Origin: Nitrospinales bacterium
Lineage (GTDB): Bacteria; Nitrospinota; Nitrospinia; Nitrospinales; VA-1
Direction: 5' to 3'
Length of the DNA: 64,000 bases
Assembly (NCBI GenBank): GCA_965223795.1
Contig: CBDCXL010000002.1
Span: 2,688,001-2,752,000, forward strand
The translations under genes and the position numbers were made by a program. The notes under the pieces were generated by a model, which saw nothing but the letters and a program-made list of their open reading frames with translations, was not told the DNA's origin and made no database searches. Positions 61,207 to 64,000 of this stretch are shown here, one piece after another. Position 1 is the stretch's first letter, and every line of letters begins with the position of its first letter.

Positions 61207-61700
61207 ATGATTCCCCAAATTTTCTGGATAGAAGATTTTAATCAGGCGCGGATAGGAACGATGGCACGTTCTCGTGGCGGCGATTGGCTTGACGATGAAA
61301 TGAAAGGTTTAAAGAAGGCGGGTGTATCGGTTGTCGCTTCCGGGCTGACTGATTCAGAAATGGTGGAACTGGATATACAGGATCAGCCGAAACTTTGCCT
61401 CAGACATGGAATCAAATTACTTCGTCATCCGATAGAAGACAGAAGGTTCCTGAATCATTGTCTGAATGGGCGAATTTTATCGAAGTTTTAAAATGCGAAG
61501 CAATGAATGGGAGAACGATCGTAGCTCATTGTCGAATGGGCATCGGCAGGGCATCGTTGATAGCAGTGTCCTTGATGATTTCTTATGGAATCGACTTAAA
61601 GACTGCGTTTGGTTGGGTTGAAAAAGCACGTGGTTGTCCGGTTCCAGACACGGACGAACAAAGAGAGTGGATTCGAATGTATGAAGACTCCGTCCGTTAA
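61207..61700 (+). pseudogene. Frameshifted protein-tyrosine/dual-specificity phosphatase
   Basis: N-half MARSRGGDWL...HPIEDR in one frame; C-half VP...HCRMGIGRAS...RGCPVPDT.EQ (CX5R loop) in the -1 frame; break near 61444; AT-rich. Confidence 0.85.
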
Positions 61701-62377
61701 CCCGCTTCGGTTCTGGTGGGAGAGTAGGCGGGGAACACCTGGCCCGCTTCCAAAAGCACCCAGCGTTCCGACGTGTCGCCGAGAACCAGGTCCATCGAGT
61801 CGTTGAGCCGCACCAGATTGATGACCGGTTCGGGCAGACGCAGCCGCACCAGGTCCTCGTCGCGCTGTCCCTTGAGCAGCGCGGTTTCCCGTTCGATCTT
61901 CTGCACGGTGAACACGTCGTTTAAGGTGTTGATGATTTCGGGCGGGTCGTCGAGGATGCGGCCGGATTCCTTGTCCAGAAGGTGGCTGAGCTTCAGGCAG
62001 CGCTCCTGCATGGCGCACAGTTCCTTGAACAGCACGGTGCGGTCGATGCCTGCCAAGCCGTGGGAGATGTTTTTCTTCTCCAGCCATTTGAACCAGGAAT
62101 ACACCTCGAACAGGACGTGGTTGACCTCTTCCTTTCGGGTCACGGAGTTGAACGGCAAAAAGCCGACGATGAACTGGCTGATGTGAAAACAGTCGATGTC
62201 CAGCGGCAGCGCGGTGAGGCGCTGCTTGCCTTCGGGGCCGTCGTGCTCCAGGCCCGATTCCACCAGGCTCGTGTGGAACAAGGACAGGCTGTGTCCCAGT
62301 TCAGGGTGGACGGACGCCGGGTCGTACTTGATTCCCGAGTTTTCAGCGTAGTCACGCAGCGTGTCGTATATAGCCAT
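61697..62377 (-). CDS. Hypothetical protein
   Basis: 226-aa ORF with SD AGAGG and host-like codon use, starting 3 nt after the aminotransferase stop. Confidence 0.75.
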   Translation of the reverse strand: MAIYDTLRDYAENSGIKYDPASVHPELGHSLSLFHTSLVESGLEHDGPEGKQRLTALPLDIDCFHISQFIVGFLPFNSVTRKEEVNHVLFEVYSWFKWLEKKNISHGLAGIDRTVLFKELCAMQERCLKLSHLLDKESGRILDDPPEIINTLNDVFTVQKIERETALLKGQRDEDLVRLRLPEPVINLVRLNDSMDLVLGDTSERWVLLEAGQVFPAYSPTRTEAG

Positions 62378-62380
62378 GAT

Positions 62381-63481
62381 TCAACCTCTATCTTTATGCG
62401 CTGCGGAGAAACAATCTTCCATGACTTCCAGACAGCGGTCGATTTCTTCATGAGTGATGTCGCCCATATTGGCGATGCGGAAAATCCGCTCGCTGAGCGC
62501 GCCCTGACCGGCGTAAATCACAAAACCTGCTTTTTTGAGCTGCCCGTGCAGCGTCGAATAGGTCATGCCTTCCGGCAGGCGGAGCGCGGTGAGTCCGTTG
62601 GACCGCTGCTCCGGCGCGATGAGAATGTCCAGGCCCATCGCTTCAAACCCCCTGCGGAACCGGTGCGCGGCGTTTTTGTAGCGCTCGATCCGTGAGGACA
62701 CCGTTTCCTCGATCAGCTCGTTCAAGGCTTCCTCGAACGCGTAGTGGATCTGCACCGAAGGCGTGAACAGCGTGTCGCCGGCTTCCTGCGCGCCGTGGTG
62801 TTTCACCAGATTGAAATACACCGAACGCGCGGGAATCTGCGCCAGGCGGCACAGGTCTTTTTTGCGGAACAGCACGAACGAAACGCCGGGCAGACCCTGG
62901 ATGCATTTGTTGGCGGTGCCGGCGGCAAAGTCGATGCTCAAGGCGGAAAAATCGATCGCATCGCCGGCGAGACTGCTGATGCAGTCGACGAGCAGTTTCT
63001 TCTCGTATTTTTCTGCGAGCGCGCTCACTTCTTTTAAGGGGTTCAGCAGCCCGGTGGTGGTTTCGTGGTGGACCATCGCCACCACCTCGATATCGGGATG
63101 GGCCTTGAGCGCTTGTTCGACGTCGCCGAGGCGGACGGTCTCCCCCCAGGCGTGCTTCACCGTGTGGCGCGGCAGCTCGTAGGTGTCGGCCATGGTGCCG
63201 ATGCGTTCGCCGTAGACGCCGTTTTCGATGACCAGCATCGACCGGTCCGGTTTCAGGCAGCAGGACACGGCCATTTCCAGGGCTGCGGTTCCGGATCCCG
63301 ATATCAGTACAGCCGTGTATTCCGTTTCGATGCCGAACGCCCGGATGAGCTTTTCGCGGATCGATCCCATGAGTTGGGAAAACTCTTCTTCCCGGTGGCA
63401 GAGGTCGGCTTTAAGCAGGGCTTTTCGAACCCTTTCGGTGACGTTGACCGGACCCGGATTCAACAAAACGGTGCGCTGCAT
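62381..63481 (-). CDS. Class V PLP aminotransferase (2-aminoethylphosphonate transaminase-like)
   Basis: LLNPGPV, GSGTAALE, NGVYGER, VHHETTTG.LNP, DCISS, ANKCIQGLPG, FTP.V, GFVIYAGQ and FRIANMG. Alternative TTG start at 63499. Confidence 0.88.
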   Translation of the reverse strand: MQRTVLLNPGPVNVTERVRKALLKADLCHREEEFSQLMGSIREKLIRAFGIETEYTAVLISGSGTAALEMAVSCCLKPDRSMLVIENGVYGERIGTMADTYELPRHTVKHAWGETVRLGDVEQALKAHPDIEVVAMVHHETTTGLLNPLKEVSALAEKYEKKLLVDCISSLAGDAIDFSALSIDFAAGTANKCIQGLPGVSFVLFRKKDLCRLAQIPARSVYFNLVKHHGAQEAGDTLFTPSVQIHYAFEEALNELIEETVSSRIERYKNAAHRFRRGFEAMGLDILIAPEQRSNGLTALRLPEGMTYSTLHGQLKKAGFVIYAGQGALSERIFRIANMGDITHEEIDRCLEVMEDCFSAAHKDRG

Positions 63482-63668
63482 ATTCGATGCGATTTCCAAA
63501 TGTAAATTTTCTGGCCTGGAGGATTGAGGCTCAGTCTAACGCCACGGTCGAAAATAGGCAAAAGAAATTGAACTTCCCTGCGTAAAAAAATCGGGCCCGA
63601 TTTTCAGGCCAGTGGCGGAAACCCGCTTACTGATTGAAAACGGGGAAAATCCTGTTTAAACTCAAATC

Positions 63669-64000
63669 ATGCGCTCATTGCTTTTCTTCATGCTATTGGC
63701 GGTGGCGGTGCCCGCGATGCCTACCGAAGCGCCGGCGGCGGATTCCCGTTTCACCATTCCCATTGTCAAGTACCGGGGCGGCAATCCCAATCCGCGTCCG
63801 CAGGCGCTTCGGAGCCTGCTCGCGCAACTGGCGCGCCGCACTTCGGTGGAGATCAACCGCGAACCGTTAGAGATCACGCTCACCGATCCGGACCTGTACC
63901 GTTATCCGTTTCTTTACCTCTCGGGAAACGCGGCCTTCGAGCCGTTCACCGATGAGGAGCTTAAAATTCTCAGGCACTATCTTGGATTCGGAGGTTTTCT
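63669..64000 (+). CDS. DUF4159-like exported protein, 3'-truncated by the window edge
   Basis: Open frame from ATG 63669: signal peptide, then KYRGG...RRTSV...DPDLYRYPFLYLSG...FTDEE...LRHYL.FGGF. Confidence 0.8.
   Translation, partial: MRSLLFFMLLAVAVPAMPTEAPAADSRFTIPIVKYRGGNPNPRPQALRSLLAQLARRTSVEINREPLEITLTDPDLYRYPFLYLSGNAAFEPFTDEELKILRHYLGFGGF

Noticed and set aside
61440..61448. Programmed -1 frameshift in the phosphatase
   Set aside because: No X-XXY-YYZ slippery site or clear downstream structure; decay or a sequencing error is simpler.

Overview
A GC-rich bacterial chromosomal window with about 55 genes and no rRNA, tRNA, CRISPR array, transposase or integrase. The gene repertoire (tandem Tll0287-type heme proteins, heme-fused SUMF1/FGE protein, secreted LRR protein, several sigma-54 promoters) is reminiscent of Nitrospinota/Nitrospirota-type bacteria; this is an inference, not a sequence-based assignment. 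Housekeeping blocks are pheT-zapB-like-zapA-6S RNA-ygfA-rny-lysS-lolC/E-lolD-lpxD, accA, thpR-recA-recX-pilD, a RhlE-like helicase, dtd and a stand-alone nuoN. Accessory genes fill the gaps. The main candidates for undescribed biology are: (1) a CarH/LitR-type coenzyme-B12 photoreceptor operon with a visible operator over a perfect -35, whose first gene is an unknown secreted protein with a duplicated His-rich domain rather than a carotenoid gene; (2) a 2673-aa secreted TolB-propeller/TPR protein with one degenerate and one intact CHAT (caspase-like) domain; (3) a heme-c/FGE fusion that keeps the two-Cys site; (4) a phospholipase-A2-like lipoprotein with His-Lys in place of the His-Asp pair. 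Smaller items include an uncalled 39-aa membrane protein, an RHH-PIN toxin-antitoxin pair with a 4x8-bp operator, an orphan barstar-like gene, a frameshifted tyrosine phosphatase and a dispersed REP-like repeat family. All calls come from reading motifs by eye; no database search was run.
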